From NCBI RefSeq assembly GCF_000737315.1, contig NZ_JMCB01000006.1:20001-268000 (forward strand): a stretch of DNA of 248,000 nucleotides. Direction: 5' to 3'. Position numbers and translations under genes: made by a program. The notes beneath the pieces were generated by a model. That model was not told where the DNA came from. It saw nothing but the letters and a program-made list of their open reading frames with translations, and made no database searches. The first letter of the stretch is position 1. Every line of letters starts with the position of its first letter. Below, piece after piece: positions 208,634-221,421 of the stretch. Origin of the DNA: Hyalangium minutum (lineage in GTDB: Bacteria; Myxococcota; Myxococcia; Myxococcales; Myxococcaceae).

Positions 208634-211153
208634 ATGGCTTCGGATCCGACAACGCCCGCCGGCTGGCGGGGACGTCTTGAGCAGCGCCTCGGCGGGCTGG
208701 CGGACTACAACTACCGCCACCCCTGGCTAGCGCTCGCCATTGCCCTGGCGCTGAGCGTGCTGGGGGTCTTCTTCGCGCGGGGACTGTCGCTTGATGCGAA
208801 CCTGGTGAGCCTGCTTCCCCAGTCCTTCCAGAGCGTGAAGGATCTGCAGGAGCTGGAGGAGCGCTTCGGCGGGCTCGGGTGGGTGGCCGTGGTAGGCGAG
208901 GGGGCGGACCCCGAAGCCCTGCGCCGCTTCGCGGACGATCTGGCGCCCCAGCTGGAGGCCTTGCCTGACATCCGCTTCGTGGAGTCGAAGCGCCCCGGGC
209001 CCTTCCTCCAGGAGCACGCGCTCTACTTCCTCTCCTTGGAGGATCTGCTGCAGGTGGAGCAGCGCATCGACGCGCGCCTCACGTACGAGAAGCAGCGCGC
209101 CAACCCGCTCTATGTCCCGCTGGTGGACGAGCCCGTGCCCTCGCTGGACTTCTCGGACCTGGAGGCGAAGTACGGCGCGGGCAGCGTGCGCAGGCTCTCG
209201 GGCCCCACGGGGGGAGAATACTATCTGGATCCGGTGGCGCGCCGTGTGGTGCTGCTGGCCAAGCCCGAGGGCATCTCCGCGGACCTGGACTTCTCCAAGC
209301 GCGTCGTCGGCGAGGTGGAGAAGCTGCTGGCCGCGCAGGACCTGTCCAAGTACGGGCCGGACTTCCACACGGCCATCACTGGTACCTTCCAGAAGAAGCT
209401 GGATCAACAGAAGCAGATCGGCCGGGACATCGCGGTGTCCTCGGCGGTGGCGGGCGTGCTGCTGCTGATCTACCTGCTGCTGCACTTCCGCAGCGCGCTC
209501 GCGGTGGCGGTGGTGCTGGCGCCGGTAGGCATGGGCCTGGCGTGGACGTACGGGCTGGTGGGCGTGGCGTACGGGCGGGTGAACCTGCTCACGGGCTTCC
209601 TGGGCGCCATCCTCGGAGGTCTCGGCATCGAGCACGGCATCCACCTGCTGGGGCGCTACCTCTATCTGCGCGGCCAGAAGTGGCAGGCGGAGGCGGCCAC
209701 GCGCGAGGCCTTCACGCACACGGGCAGCGCGGCGCTCACCTCGGCGCTCGTGGCGGCGCTCACCTTCTTCCTGCTGGGCACCTCGCACTTCCGCGCGTTC
209801 CGTGAGTTCGGCGTCATCGCCGGCTTCGGCATGCTGCTCATGGTGCTGGCCTACGTGCTGGTGCTGCCCGCGGTGCTGGGGCTGGCAGCGAAGCTGGGCT
209901 GGAAGCCCGGCCCGGGCGCCACGAAACACCAGCGCTCTCCGCTGGGCCGCCTGCTGGTGCGGCTGCACCGCCCCCTCACCGTGGTGTCGATGGTGGTCAT
210001 CGCCCTGCTGGTGGCGAACGTGGGCCGCGTGCGCTTCAACTACAACTTCGGCTCGCTGGCGGATCAGCACCTGCCCTCCTTCGTGCTGGACCGGCAGGTG
210101 ACGCAGCTGATTGGCTACTCGCAGTCTCCTCTGGTGATGCTGCCCCACAGCCCGGCGGAGGAGAGTGCCGTGGTGGAGGAACTGCACGCGAACCAGGCCC
210201 GTCTGGGCGAGCACTCCACGGTGGACTTCATCGCCTCGCTGGACACGCTGGTGCCGCGGGACCAGGTGAAGAAGCAGGAAGTGCTCCGCCGCCTCCAGAC
210301 CCTGCTGGAAGATGTGCCCGAGGGGCAGCTCGACGCCCAGCAACGCGAGCAGCTCGCGGAGCTGCGCCAGGCGACGCGGGCCGAGCCCTTCACCCTCGAG
210401 CAACTGCCTGCCTCCATGCGCCGGCCCTTCACGGACCTGAGCGGCCAGAGCCACTTCGTGCTGGTGTACCCGCGGGTGAGCCTGGATGACGGGCAGGGCA
210501 TCCGCGCCCTGGCCCGCGAGCTGCGCCAGGTGAAGACGCCCAGCGGCGGGCCCGTCGCCGTGGCGGGCGAGCCCATGGTGCTCGCGGACATCCTCAACAT
210601 GGTCACGCGCGAGTCGCCGTTCATTCTCATCGGCTCGCTGGTGGCGGTGCTGCTGGCCATGTGGGTGACTTTGGGGAGCCTGCGCCTGGCGCTGCTGTGC
210701 CTGACGCCCACCGTGGTGTCGCTGTTCGCGCTGGTGGGGCTGATGCCGCTGCTCAACGTGCAGTTCAACTACCTCAACATCCTCGTTATCCCCGTGCTCA
210801 TCGGGACGACCGTGGATGCGGGCGTCCACCTGCTCACGCAGCTCGTGTCACCGGAGAGCGACTTCGTCTCCGTCTACTCAGAGACGGGCCGCGCCATCAC
210901 GGGCGGTCTGCTGACGAGCGCCTTGGGCTTCGGCGCGCTCTTCCTCGCCGATCACCCGGGCCTCAACTCCATTGGCACGCTGGCCAACCTGGGCTTCGGC
211001 GTGAATCTGCTGGTGATGCTGGTGGCCTTCCCCGCGCTCCTGCTGCTGCTGTCCGAGCGGCGGCGGCGCAAGCGGCTCCAGCAGCAGGCCCATGCCCGGG
211101 ACGAGGCGCTCCCTCCCCCGGCCCGGCCGAGCGACGCTCCCTCGGCGAGCTGA
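208634..211153 (+). CDS. MMPL/RND lipid transporter (paralog)
   Basis: GLGIEHGIH, GTTVDAGVH. Confidence 0.9.
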   Translation: MASDPTTPAGWRGRLEQRLGGLADYNYRHPWLALAIALALSVLGVFFARGLSLDANLVSLLPQSFQSVKDLQELEERFGGLGWVAVVGEGADPEALRRFADDLAPQLEALPDIRFVESKRPGPFLQEHALYFLSLEDLLQVEQRIDARLTYEKQRANPLYVPLVDEPVPSLDFSDLEAKYGAGSVRRLSGPTGGEYYLDPVARRVVLLAKPEGISADLDFSKRVVGEVEKLLAAQDLSKYGPDFHTAITGTFQKKLDQQKQIGRDIAVSSAVAGVLLLIYLLLHFRSALAVAVVLAPVGMGLAWTYGLVGVAYGRVNLLTGFLGAILGGLGIEHGIHLLGRYLYLRGQKWQAEAATREAFTHTGSAALTSALVAALTFFLLGTSHFRAFREFGVIAGFGMLLMVLAYVLVLPAVLGLAAKLGWKPGPGATKHQRSPLGRLLVRLHRPLTVVSMVVIALLVANVGRVRFNYNFGSLADQHLPSFVLDRQVTQLIGYSQSPLVMLPHSPAEESAVVEELHANQARLGEHSTVDFIASLDTLVPRDQVKKQEVLRRLQTLLEDVPEGQLDAQQREQLAELRQATRAEPFTLEQLPASMRRPFTDLSGQSHFVLVYPRVSLDDGQGIRALARELRQVKTPSGGPVAVAGEPMVLADILNMVTRESPFILIGSLVAVLLAMWVTLGSLRLALLCLTPTVVSLFALVGLMPLLNVQFNYLNILVIPVLIGTTVDAGVHLLTQLVSPESDFVSVYSETGRAITGGLLTSALGFGALFLADHPGLNSIGTLANLGFGVNLLVMLVAFPALLLLLSERRRRKRLQQQAHARDEALPPPARPSDAPSAS

Positions 211154-211382
211154 TCCACACGCTTCAGATGGAAACGGGCCTCAGGGCGCGCTCCGGCGCA
211201 CCCCTGGGGCCCGCTTGCGTTTCACAGAGGTTTCGTCGAGCCCCGGCACGAATTGACAGGCCCATGGAGCCGCCGCCCGGAGAGCGTGCAGCCACTCGGG
211301 CGGTCCCTGCACGTGTGGGTCTTACTGCTCAGGTTCCCGGCCAGAAGCGACACGGACACGAACAGACAAAGGGAGAGACACC

Positions 211383-211865
211383 ATGAAGACCACGATGAAG
211401 TTCCTGGCCGCCGGTCTGCTCGCGAGCGCGCTGACCTTCGTTGGCTGCAAATCGAACTCTTCCGCCGAGCGCGCGAGTGAGCCCGCCACGGCACCCGCCA
211501 CGGACACGGGTACTGACACGGGTACGGGTACCAGCACGACTCCCCCTCCGGGCACGGGCGGCTCGGGCGACATCAGCAAGACGAAGCAGTCGGATGACAA
211601 CCTCCGCATGCCGGAGGAGGATCCGCTGCGCACCCCAGAGAGCGAGAGCATCCGCGACGCCGAGTCCGAGCCGGGCGTCCATGAAGGCAGCAAGGTGGAT
211701 CCAGGCATCGGCGGCTCCGGCTTCCCCGACGACTCGGCCATCGACGAGAACCTGAACCCGGGCGGCAACGTGGACGACACGCTGCGCACGCCGGGCTCGC
211801 CCGCGGACATCGTCCCCGATAACAACCTCAACAACGACAGCACGCTGCCCGAGAACACGCGCTAA
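211383..211865 (+). CDS. Acidic low-complexity lipoprotein
   Basis: RBS ggagag, lipobox FVGC. Confidence 0.7.
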   Translation: MKTTMKFLAAGLLASALTFVGCKSNSSAERASEPATAPATDTGTDTGTGTSTTPPPGTGGSGDISKTKQSDDNLRMPEEDPLRTPESESIRDAESEPGVHEGSKVDPGIGGSGFPDDSAIDENLNPGGNVDDTLRTPGSPADIVPDNNLNNDSTLPENTR

Positions 211866-212062
211866 CCCGCGCCTCTCCGCGAGCAGCAGCCCCGGCAGCG
211901 CCCACGCACCCGCGTGGGCGTTGCCGTTTGGAGCGCGGGAGAACAGGTCACCTTCTCCCTCCCATCACCGCGAGGAGCATCACGCGCCGCATCAACGCCA
212001 CGCGTCACGGCCCAGGAGGCTCGACATGGCGGCGCAGGGTTGGTGAACCTGGAAGAACCCCC

Positions 212063-213778
212063 ATGAAACAGTACGAGAAGAAGTACGACGCCGACGGCCA
212101 CCCCTACCTCGAAACCTCGCTGCCGGGCCTTTTGCTCACGCGCCTGCCGCTGCTCAACAAGGGCACCTCCTTCACCTGGGAGGAGCGCAAGCAGTTCGGG
212201 CTGATGGGCGTGCTGCCCACCCACGTCTCCACGCTGGAGGAGCAGGTCGAGCGCTCCTACGCGAACTTCAAGAGCTTCCGCACGGACCTGGAGAAGCACG
212301 TCTTCCTGCGCGCGCTGCAGGACCGCAGCGAGGTGCTCTTCTACGCGCTCATCGATCGGCACATCGAGGAGATGATGCCCATCATCTACACCCCCACGGT
212401 GGCGCAGGCGGTGGAGCAGTTCAGCCGCATCTACCGCTACCCCCGCGGGCTGGTGGTGAACCCGGAGAACATCGGGCAGATCGACTCGCTCCTGGAGAAC
212501 ACGCCCTTCCCAGACGTGCAGCTCATCGTCGCCACGGACAACGAGGGCATCCTCGGCATTGGTGACCAGGGCTTCGGCGGCCTGGCCATCTGCATCGGCA
212601 AGCTGTCGCTCTACACGGCGGCGGCGGGCATCGACCCGGCGGTGACGCTGCCCGTGGAGCTGGACGTGGGCACGAACCGCAAGGACCTGCTGGAGGATCC
212701 GCTCTACCTGGGCGTGAAGCGGCCGCGCATGGAGGGCCAGGAGTACGACGACTTCATCCACCGCTTCGTCACCGCGCTCCAGCGCCGGTTCCCCAACGTG
212801 CTGCTGCAGTGGGAGGACTTCAGCAAGCAGAAGGCGTTCGACGTGCTGAGCCGGTACCAGGATGTGGTGCCCTCACTGAATGACGACATCCAGGGCACGG
212901 GCGCGGTGGTGCTGGCGGGACTGCTGGCGGCGGCGCGCACCAGCCAGCAGGACCTGAAGCAGCAGATGTTCCTCATCCACGGGGCGGGCGCGGGCGGCGT
213001 GGGCGTGGCGCGGCAGATCGCCCGGGGCCTGCAGCTGCAGGGGCTGACCCTGGATCAGGCGCGGCAGCGCATCTTCCTGATCGACTCCAAGGGCCTCATC
213101 CTGAAGGACCGCAAGGGGCTGGAGCCGTACAAGCTCGAGTTCGCCCACGAGCCAGCGCGGGTGGCGGGCTGGAAGCTGCAGAACGGCATCCCGAGCCTCC
213201 TGGAGACGGTGAAGGAGGCGAAGGTGACGGTGCTGCTGGGCCTGTCCGGGCAGCGCGGGGCGTTCGGCGAGGAGGTGGTGCGAGCGGTGGCGGCGAACAC
213301 GCCGTACCCGGTGGTGTTCGCGCTCTCCAACCCCACGGCGAACAGCGAGGCGGTGCCGGCGGACATCTACCGGTGGACGGAGGGCAAGGCGCTGGTGGCC
213401 ACGGGCAGCCCGTTCGACGACGTGATGTGGGACGGGGCGGCGCACCCGGTGGGCCAGGGCAACAACGCGTTCATCTTCCCAGGCCTCGGGCTCGGCGTGC
213501 TCGCGAGCCGGGCGCGTCGGGTGACGGATGGGATGCTGACCGCCGCGTCACTGGCGCTCTCCGAGTTCGTGGACAAGGGGCGGCTGGCGCAGGGCGGGCT
213601 CTACCCACGGATGGACAAGATCCACGTGGCGAGCAAGCAGGTGGCGGTAGCGGTCATCCGCCAGGCCCAGAAGGAGGGCGTGGCCGCGGAGCAACTGCCG
213701 GAGGATCTGGAGGCACACCTCGAGGCGCGCATGTGGCGCCCCGAGTTCCTCCCCATCCGCAAGGGCCGTGGCGGCTGA
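212063..213778 (+). CDS. maeA: NAD-dependent malic enzyme
   Basis: LLNKGTSF, YTPTV, GILGIGD, QWEDF, NDDIQGT, SNPT. Confidence 0.95.
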   Translation: MKQYEKKYDADGHPYLETSLPGLLLTRLPLLNKGTSFTWEERKQFGLMGVLPTHVSTLEEQVERSYANFKSFRTDLEKHVFLRALQDRSEVLFYALIDRHIEEMMPIIYTPTVAQAVEQFSRIYRYPRGLVVNPENIGQIDSLLENTPFPDVQLIVATDNEGILGIGDQGFGGLAICIGKLSLYTAAAGIDPAVTLPVELDVGTNRKDLLEDPLYLGVKRPRMEGQEYDDFIHRFVTALQRRFPNVLLQWEDFSKQKAFDVLSRYQDVVPSLNDDIQGTGAVVLAGLLAAARTSQQDLKQQMFLIHGAGAGGVGVARQIARGLQLQGLTLDQARQRIFLIDSKGLILKDRKGLEPYKLEFAHEPARVAGWKLQNGIPSLLETVKEAKVTVLLGLSGQRGAFGEEVVRAVAANTPYPVVFALSNPTANSEAVPADIYRWTEGKALVATGSPFDDVMWDGAAHPVGQGNNAFIFPGLGLGVLASRARRVTDGMLTAASLALSEFVDKGRLAQGGLYPRMDKIHVASKQVAVAVIRQAQKEGVAAEQLPEDLEAHLEARMWRPEFLPIRKGRGG

Positions 213779-213784
213779 GCCTCC

Positions 213785-213994
213785 TCAGCTCACCCCCACG
213801 CCCGGATAGGGAATGGACGAGGGCTGCGGCTCGATGACGCGGCCCTCGTGGTGATGGCCCGGCGTCTTCGCGGGGCCCTCAGAGGGCCGCATCGGTGGAA
213901 CGCTCGGGGCGCGCTCGTCGTCCTCCGTGTTCGCGGTGCGGCCCGGGTGCGGCTTCTCGGGGGTGGGAATGTGCAGCACGTCCTTCTTGCTCAT
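213785..213994 (-). CDS. Small Pro-rich hypothetical protein
   Basis: ATG after ggagg; 69 aa. Confidence 0.45.
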   Translation of the reverse strand: MSKKDVLHIPTPEKPHPGRTANTEDDERAPSVPPMRPSEGPAKTPGHHHEGRVIEPQPSSIPYPGVGVS

Positions 213995-214181
213995 GGCCAG
214001 CCTCCAGGTGCTCTTTCGTCTCCTCCAAAAGTGGTGAGCCCTCGGTTGGCCAGGTACCCTCTCCAGGAGAGCGCGGACGCCCCGCTTGCATGGCAGGCGG
214101 GAGAGCGCTCCATCCCTTGAAACGAAGACTCCCGCACGCCAGCGCCCAAAGGCACTGGCGCGCGGGAGAGGCGAGGGGCGC

Positions 214182-214991
214182 CTAGTACTTCTTCGTGTTG
214201 CCCGGATCCATCTTGTTCTGGGTGCCGATGTCCTGGGAACCCTTGTGGGTGTCACCCGCGCCGCCGGTCCCCGAGTCCATGGGCTTCATGCTGCCCGAGC
214301 CGCCCACGCCCGTGCCCGCGCCCGGACCGATCCGGCCGAGCAGCGTATAGGCCTGCTGCCGGTGCTGGGTGACAGGGGTGATCAGGTCCTGGAGCAGCGG
214401 GGTCAGCGAGGCGTCCGTCGTGCCCTGCTTGGCCGCCATCAGCTGGCCGAGCGCCTCGTCGTGGCCCCCCACCATGATCGCCAGGAAACACGAGTCGAAC
214501 GGGGTGCCCTTGAGCGCCTGGAGCTTCTCCATGTTGGCCTTGTGAGCCGCCATGGACTTGCGCTCCACGTCGTTCATCGGCTGGGGCTCGGCCAGCTTGA
214601 GGCCCTTCTGCTGCGCGTAGCTCATCACCTTCTGGTCCGCCGCGGTGTGGTCCTTCACCAGCGTCTCACCGTAGGACTTCACGTCCGGGCTCTGGGCGTT
214701 CTGCTGCGCCAGCTGGCCCAGCTTGATCTCCGCCTGGTTCACGTGGTGCAGCCGCTCGAGCATCGCCTTCTCGTCGGCTGGGATCATGAATCCCGTGTGC
214801 TCCAGCATGCCGTCTTTGGCCATGCTCTTGCCCTTCATCGCTTGGCCCTGGGGAATTCCCTGGCTGCCCCGGTTGACTCCCTGGCTGCCCGGGTTCACGC
214901 CCGGGGTGGCCTGGGTGGTGCTCTGAGCGAGCGCGGTACCACCCAGCACCAATGAACCAGCGAGGAGGAGTCCCTGAATCGTGCGCTTCAT
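214182..214991 (-). CDS. DUF4142 domain protein
   Basis: EIKLGQLA, DHTAA, FDSCFL.IMV.GH. Confidence 0.85.
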   Translation of the reverse strand: MKRTIQGLLLAGSLVLGGTALAQSTTQATPGVNPGSQGVNRGSQGIPQGQAMKGKSMAKDGMLEHTGFMIPADEKAMLERLHHVNQAEIKLGQLAQQNAQSPDVKSYGETLVKDHTAADQKVMSYAQQKGLKLAEPQPMNDVERKSMAAHKANMEKLQALKGTPFDSCFLAIMVGGHDEALGQLMAAKQGTTDASLTPLLQDLITPVTQHRQQAYTLLGRIGPGAGTGVGGSGSMKPMDSGTGGAGDTHKGSQDIGTQNKMDPGNTKKY

Positions 214992-215217
214992 GTGCTGCTC
215001 TCCCTTCGTCGAGGAGCCGCTTGGGTGGGCCCCTCTACGGGTTCCCAACCTCGCGGCGGATGAAAAGCGGGCGCACCTTGGCCGTCCGGAGCGCCGAGGT
215101 CACCTCCTCGCCTGTCACGGACGTGCACCGCCGCACGTTGTGGCTCCCGGGGGTTCCTCCACTGGACGGTGCCACTGTCCTTCAGGAGGGAGAGCACCCG
215201 GGGTGCCCGGGCCAGCC

Positions 215218-216060
215218 TCAGCGGCGGCGCTTGCCCAACACGTCGATCTGAGTGGCGTACGTATCCCCGGCCACGAGATCGAATGAGGCGCGTACCTCAC
215301 TCCCCTGCCGGATGCGGGTCACCGGAATGCGCCGCTGGCCACTCCTGGCGCGCGAGTCCTCGTTCAGGCGCAGGACGTACGGCTCACCGGTCTCGGAGTC
215401 GATGACCTCGATGGAGCGCTTGGAGACCTTGCTCACGCGGCCCTCCACCATGGAGCTGGCGATGGGCTGTGGCTGCTGCTCCTGCTGAGAGCCCGAGCCC
215501 CCTGTGCCCGTCTCCGCGCTCTGGGCATGGGTGGAGCGGCGGACGCCCTTCACTTCGTCAAGCTCCGCTCGGAGCCGATCCACCTCGGCCCGCAGCTGGG
215601 CGACTTCCACCCGAACATCATTGGAGGCAGAGCCCACCGAAGTGCGCTCGTTCGCACGAGGTGAGCTGGTCGCGATATCGCCACTGCCAGCACCCACTGC
215701 GCTCCCCGCGCTGCCCACGGTGCCAGTACCTGTTCCGGTACCTGTCCCGGTTCCGGCCATGCCCGGCTCAGCAGGCCCATAGAAGGTCTGTCCCACGCCC
215801 GGGGCGGCTCCGGGGGCCTGGCCTCCCGCGACCTGCGACTGGGGCTGGGGCTGGGGCTGGACCGAGAACGAGCCCGCTGCCGGTGGCCCGCCCAGCGCCG
215901 CACCCCCGCTCGCTCCCTGGCCTTGCGGGGTGACTGCACCACCGGCAGCGCTTCCAACGGGCGCACCAGTGCCCGCCCCTCCGCCACTCTGCTGGGCGTG
216001 GCTCGTCTGGGACAGGCAGAACGTGGCCGCGAGTGCAGCCGCCAGGATGACCTTTCTCAT
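215218..216060 (-). CDS. Secreted low-complexity protein with coiled coil and C-terminal OB-like domain
   Basis: Signal peptide, Gly/Gln-rich linker. Confidence 0.6.
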   Translation of the reverse strand: MRKVILAAALAATFCLSQTSHAQQSGGGAGTGAPVGSAAGGAVTPQGQGASGGAALGGPPAAGSFSVQPQPQPQSQVAGGQAPGAAPGVGQTFYGPAEPGMAGTGTGTGTGTGTVGSAGSAVGAGSGDIATSSPRANERTSVGSASNDVRVEVAQLRAEVDRLRAELDEVKGVRRSTHAQSAETGTGGSGSQQEQQPQPIASSMVEGRVSKVSKRSIEVIDSETGEPYVLRLNEDSRARSGQRRIPVTRIRQGSEVRASFDLVAGDTYATQIDVLGKRRR

Positions 216061-216316
216061 GGGCTCGGCTCCTCTTTCATTCCCCTGCAGGGAAGTTGGG
216101 TTGCCAACACCCCGTCACCAAGGGGGGCGCGCCCCGCCCTCCGCATGCCTGCCCGCTGGCGAGAGGCTCCTGCGAGCCAGACTGCTGTTCAGTGCCGGTC
216201 ACAACACACGCTCAGTACAGAGCGAACGCTCTTTCATCTCTTCGACAGACCTTGAACCCCCCCCGACATGCCTCCACCTTGGACTGGCACGCAACAAAGA
216301 GAGGGACGGCAGGGCG

Positions 216317-218455
<2,139 letters not shown>

Positions 218456-218469
218456 CCCCACAAAGACCA

Positions 218470-218502
218470 CGGGCCGGCTCCCAGGGGGTAAGAGCCGGCC
218501 CG
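218470..218502. terminator. Hairpin downstream of glgX, probable terminator
   Basis: cgggccggctc/gagccggcccg 11-bp inverted repeat. Confidence 0.65.
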
Positions 218503-218709
218503 CTTGGCGCTTCAGGCGACTGCCAGGGTGGGGGCCCCGCCCTGAAGCTAACGAGTGCTCGCTGGCCGCGGATCAAGCGCCTTCGCTCCGGGGGAACAGC
218601 GAGACAAGAGCTTTCTATCAATTCACGAGTATTCTTGTAAACCGCGAATTTAGCAAAAGACGAATTATCCAATTTTGGCGGGCCCTTAGCCCTGCTCCGC
218701 TTCGAGGGC

Positions 218710-219324
218710 TCAGACGTCGAAGAAGTCCACTTCGCCGCTCTCCAGGCTGTACTCGGCGCCCACCACGCGCAGGCCCTGCTCCAGCACCAGGCGCTCCAGC
218801 AGCGCCGAGCCGTGCTTGAGGTGGCTCACCGAGGCGCGGACGTTGGCGCGCACCGCCTCGTGGATCAGCCGCGGCCGGTCCTTGGCCAGCTCCGTGTGCA
218901 CCAGCGCCTCGATGGCGGGCCGCACCCGGCTCACGATGGAGAGCAGGTTGGGCGAGCGCGGCACGTCCGGCTTCTCGATGACTTCGAGCGTCGTATCGAT
219001 GGCGCCACAGAACGTGTGGCCCATCACCACCACGAGCCGGGTGCCGAAGGCCTCGGCGGCGAACTCGACGCTGCCCACCTGCGAGGGCGCGACGATGTTG
219101 CCCGCCACGCGGATGACGAACAGGTCTCCAAGCCCCTGATCAAAGACGATCTCCGCGGGCACCCGCGAGTCCGAGCACCCGAGCACGATGGCGAAGGGCT
219201 TCTGGCCTTGCACCAGCTCGTCCCGCCGGAGCTGGCTCATCATGGCCTCGGTGCTGCGGAGGTGGTTGACGAACCTCCGGTTGCCGTCCTTCAGCCGCTG
219301 CAGCGCCTCCTGGGGATCCACCAT
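218710..219324 (-). CDS. Beta-class carbonic anhydrase
   Basis: GCSDSR, GHTFCGA. Confidence 0.94.
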   Translation of the reverse strand: MVDPQEALQRLKDGNRRFVNHLRSTEAMMSQLRRDELVQGQKPFAIVLGCSDSRVPAEIVFDQGLGDLFVIRVAGNIVAPSQVGSVEFAAEAFGTRLVVVMGHTFCGAIDTTLEVIEKPDVPRSPNLLSIVSRVRPAIEALVHTELAKDRPRLIHEAVRANVRASVSHLKHGSALLERLVLEQGLRVVGAEYSLESGEVDFFDV

Positions 219325-219500
219325 GCCGACTCCTCTACCCCAGGGCCCCGCCCTGCCGCGAGGAGAACCGCGCCCCCGTTTGTGTCGCCCCCGGGACGGG
219401 ACACGGGCCTCGCTGTCCCCACGGGCTCGGGGTAGCCTGCGCCCCCTTCATCCCTCAGCCGCCGGCCGTGGCAGCGCGGACCGGCGCAGGAGCCCGCCGC

Positions 219501-221315
219501 ATGTCGTCCCCGAACCACTACAAGCCCAACCTGCGCGACCTGTACTTCAACCTCTTTGAGTTCCTCGACATCGGCCGCACCTCGCTGGGCAAGGGTCCCT
219601 TCGGCGACATCGACGAGACGGCGGCGCGGCAGACGCTGGAGACATTCGCGCAGGTGTGCGTGAACGAGGTCGCCCCCAGCTTCGCCGAGTCCGAGCACGC
219701 GCCGCCCGTGCTGGAGAACGGCGAGGTGAAGCTGCCGCCGCTGCTCAAGAAGGCCATCTCCGCCTACTACGACGCGGGGATGAACCAGCTGGAGCTGCCT
219801 CCTCACATGGGAGGCCTGGGCGCGCCGCCGTCGCTGGCCTGGGGCGCCTTCGAGCTGCTGGTGGGCGCCAGCGCGCCGGTGGCCTTCTACACGCTGGGCA
219901 CGCTCGTCTCGCGCGTCATCGACCGGCTGGGCACCGAGGCCCAGAAGAAGCGCTTCCTGCCCGCCATCACCGAGCAGCGGTGGATTGGCACCATGGTGCT
220001 CACCGAGCCGGACGCCGGCAGCGACGTGGGCGCCGCGCGCGCCAAGGCGCGGCACGTGGGCGGGGACGTGTGGGAGATTGAAGGCGTCAAGCGCTTCATC
220101 ACCAGCGCGGAGCATGACGCCTCCGAGAATATCATCCACATGGTGTTGGCGCGGCCCGAGGGCGCGGGGCCGGGCACCAAGGGCCTGTCGCTGTTCATCG
220201 TCCCGAAGTTCTGGGTGGAGGAGGACGGCAAGCTGGGCGAGCGCAACGGGGTGGTGTGCACCAAGCTCGAGAAGAAGATGGGCCTCAAGGGCTCCGTCAC
220301 CTGCGAGCTGACGTTCGGGGACGGCAAGCCGGCGCGCGGCCTGCTGCTCGGCGAGGTGCACGAGGGCATCCGGCAGATGTTCCACATCATCGAGCAGGCG
220401 CGCATGGCGGTGGGCATGAAGTCCATGGCCACGCTGTCCACCGCGTACCTGAACGCGCTGGAGTTCACCCAGGACCGCAAGCAGGGCTCGGACCTGCTCG
220501 CCGCGCGCGACAAGACGGCCCCGCGCGTGGCCATCATCCGCCACCCGGACGTGCGCCGCATGCTGATGGCGCAGAAGGCCCACGCCGAGGGCATGCGCGC
220601 CCTGGCCCTCTTCACCGCCTCCATCCAGGACCAGGTGGAGATCAAGGGCGGCCACCGCGCGCTGGAGGCCGCGGAGCTGGACGCGCTCAACGACTTGCTG
220701 CTGCCGCTGGTGAAGGGCTACTGCTCGGAGAAGGCGTACGAGCTGCTGGCGGTGTCGCTGCAGTGCTTCGGCGGCTCGGGGTACCTGGCGGACTACCCGG
220801 TGGAGCAGTACATCCGCGACCAGAAGATCGACACGCTCTACGAGGGCACCACGCACATCCAGGCGCTGGACCTCATCATGCGCAAGCTGGCGCGCGACGG
220901 CGGGGCCACCTTCCAGGGGCTGCTGGGGCAGATCCGGCAGACGGCCGAGTCGGACCTGGGTGGCAAGGAGCTGGAGACGGAGCGCAAGGCGCTGGGCGAG
221001 GCGCTGGGCGCGCTGGAGACGATGCTCGGCGCGCTCATGGGCAAGCTGGGCGAGTCGCTCTACCACGTGGGCCTGCAGGGCAACCGGGTGCTGGCCTCGG
221101 TGGCGGAAGTGGTGATCGGCTGGCTGCTGGTGCGCCACGCGGCGGTGGCGCTGGAGCGCACCAAGGTGAACCCGGGCGACAAGGCCTTCTACGCGGGCAA
221201 GCTCGCCTCGGCGCGCTGGTTCTGCAAGGAGGTGCTGCCGAACATCGCGCACCATGCGCGTATGGTGGAGCAGGGCAGCCTGGACCTGATGGAAGTGCCC
221301 GACGAGGCCTTCTAG
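219501..221315 (+). CDS. Acyl-CoA dehydrogenase
   Basis: MVLTEPDAGSD, KRFITS, KMGLKGS, GGSGY, YEGTT. Confidence 0.95.
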   Translation: MSSPNHYKPNLRDLYFNLFEFLDIGRTSLGKGPFGDIDETAARQTLETFAQVCVNEVAPSFAESEHAPPVLENGEVKLPPLLKKAISAYYDAGMNQLELPPHMGGLGAPPSLAWGAFELLVGASAPVAFYTLGTLVSRVIDRLGTEAQKKRFLPAITEQRWIGTMVLTEPDAGSDVGAARAKARHVGGDVWEIEGVKRFITSAEHDASENIIHMVLARPEGAGPGTKGLSLFIVPKFWVEEDGKLGERNGVVCTKLEKKMGLKGSVTCELTFGDGKPARGLLLGEVHEGIRQMFHIIEQARMAVGMKSMATLSTAYLNALEFTQDRKQGSDLLAARDKTAPRVAIIRHPDVRRMLMAQKAHAEGMRALALFTASIQDQVEIKGGHRALEAAELDALNDLLLPLVKGYCSEKAYELLAVSLQCFGGSGYLADYPVEQYIRDQKIDTLYEGTTHIQALDLIMRKLARDGGATFQGLLGQIRQTAESDLGGKELETERKALGEALGALETMLGALMGKLGESLYHVGLQGNRVLASVAEVVIGWLLVRHAAVALERTKVNPGDKAFYAGKLASARWFCKEVLPNIAHHARMVEQGSLDLMEVPDEAF

Positions 221316-221421
221316 AGGAATTCCGCGGGGTTGGCGGCGGGCACGTCCCTCAGTGAACATTGACTTGCCCGTCAGTACGACGGTAGAGCCTCCTGCCCGG
221401 AACGCCTGATCGGGAGGATCG

